NCBI RefSeq assembly: GCF_001194135.2
Contig: NC_068986.1
Span: 63,903,458-63,967,457 of the forward strand
Direction: 5' to 3'
Source of the DNA: Octopus bimaculoides
Lineage: Eukaryota
DNA: 64,000 bases
Shown: positions 63,217 to 64,000 of the stretch, piece by piece
How the letters are laid out: each line of letters opens with the position of its first letter
Position numbering within the stretch: the first letter of the stretch is position 1
The notes under the pieces: generated by a model
The model's database searches: none
Told to the model about the DNA's origin: nothing
The model's input: only the letters and a program-made list of their open reading frames with translations
Position numbers and translations under genes: made by a program

Positions 63217-63354
63217 TATGACACCTTAGATGACTATGGAGATCTCACTGATGGTAGCAATTGGAAGGACAAGTTCCATGTGAAAATCCGCCACAAAGAA
63301 AGCACAACTGACAGAGCGAAGAAAAAAGAAGAGAAAAAGAGACAGAAAGAAGAG
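63217..63354 (+). CDS. Exon (phase 0-0, 138 nt): YDTLDDYGDLTDGSNWKDKFHVKIRHKESTTDRAKKKEEKKRQKEE; gene continues beyond the window
   Basis: TTTCTTTTTCCTAG| acceptor, GAG|GTTTGT donor, 46 open codons. Confidence 0.85.
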
Positions 63355-64000
63355 GTTTGTGTTTTAATCATTTTCAAATTCATGACTGTGTGTGAATTTT
63401 CTGTAATTATTGTAAAAGAAAGTCAATAACTAGAGAAGTACTTTTTTTATGCAAGTTAATTACTTGTAATAATTTCCCACTTTCTATAATATGAATATAC
63501 TAGGCATCATTTCTTATGCAAGGTGTGTTTCATGTCATTGAACAAAGTCTTCAAAGACAGTCTCCATTAGGAACATGACAACTTAGTCTGATTCAACAGC
63601 ACCAAAACAGTCACTATACTTAAGAAGTAAATTGCCTATATTCTCTATGCTTATAAGGGAGTCTCAATAATAGCTTGCACAAACTTTACAAATTCTAAGG
63701 TTTGCAATCTTTAGTGATCTCTTTGGGAGACTACATTTGTTTTTGCATTAACTTCCCTTGCTTGTATAGGCTGGATAAAGACTTATTGAAATAGCATTTA
63801 TGGTTGGTTACCTTTTATGCTACCTGTTTTTCAAGTAAGGGATTTTTTTTTTTCATTCTATTGGGCATCACAGTTTGAAAGCACACTGCTACAGGATGTA
63901 TTGTTTACAAGGAATGTAAACATGACATCACTGTTTTACTCAAATGATGTAATACAAAAACATATAGAATGTAAACATTCGTGTGTGTGTGTGCGTGCAC

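Noticed and set aside
1-64000. CRISPR arrays, rRNA, operons or prokaryotic defence systems
   Set aside because: No regularly spaced repeat-spacer units or prokaryotic gene density. The sequence is eukaryotic, largely intronic DNA.

Overview
AT-rich, microsatellite-rich eukaryotic scaffold with three N-gaps. Its SINE families and RTE tails resemble those I recall from octopus genomes, so the source is probably Octopus; this is an inference with no search run. Most listed ORFs are artefacts of simple repeats, gaps or decayed transposons. A + strand multi-exon gene can be assembled by hand from six GT-AG, phase-compatible exons: 22580-22726, 28470-28578, 32232-32426, 57076-57243, 60048-60118 and 63217-63354. 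These give 828 nt (276 codons) and the gene continues past the window. The product is low-complexity, carries seven Y-x-x-[VIL] motifs and ends in a K/E-rich helix, which suggests an SH2-docking adaptor. Its introns hold tRNA-derived SINEs, two Penelope-like remnants, RTE and CR1-like LINE pieces, Tc1, mariner and maT remnants, hAT and piggyBac-type MITEs, and three fold-back elements. One Penelope-like remnant has an adjacent hammerhead-ribozyme motif. An 8.5-kb nest (44.2-52.75 kb) includes a Helitron inserted exactly at an A|T inside a CR1-like LINE.
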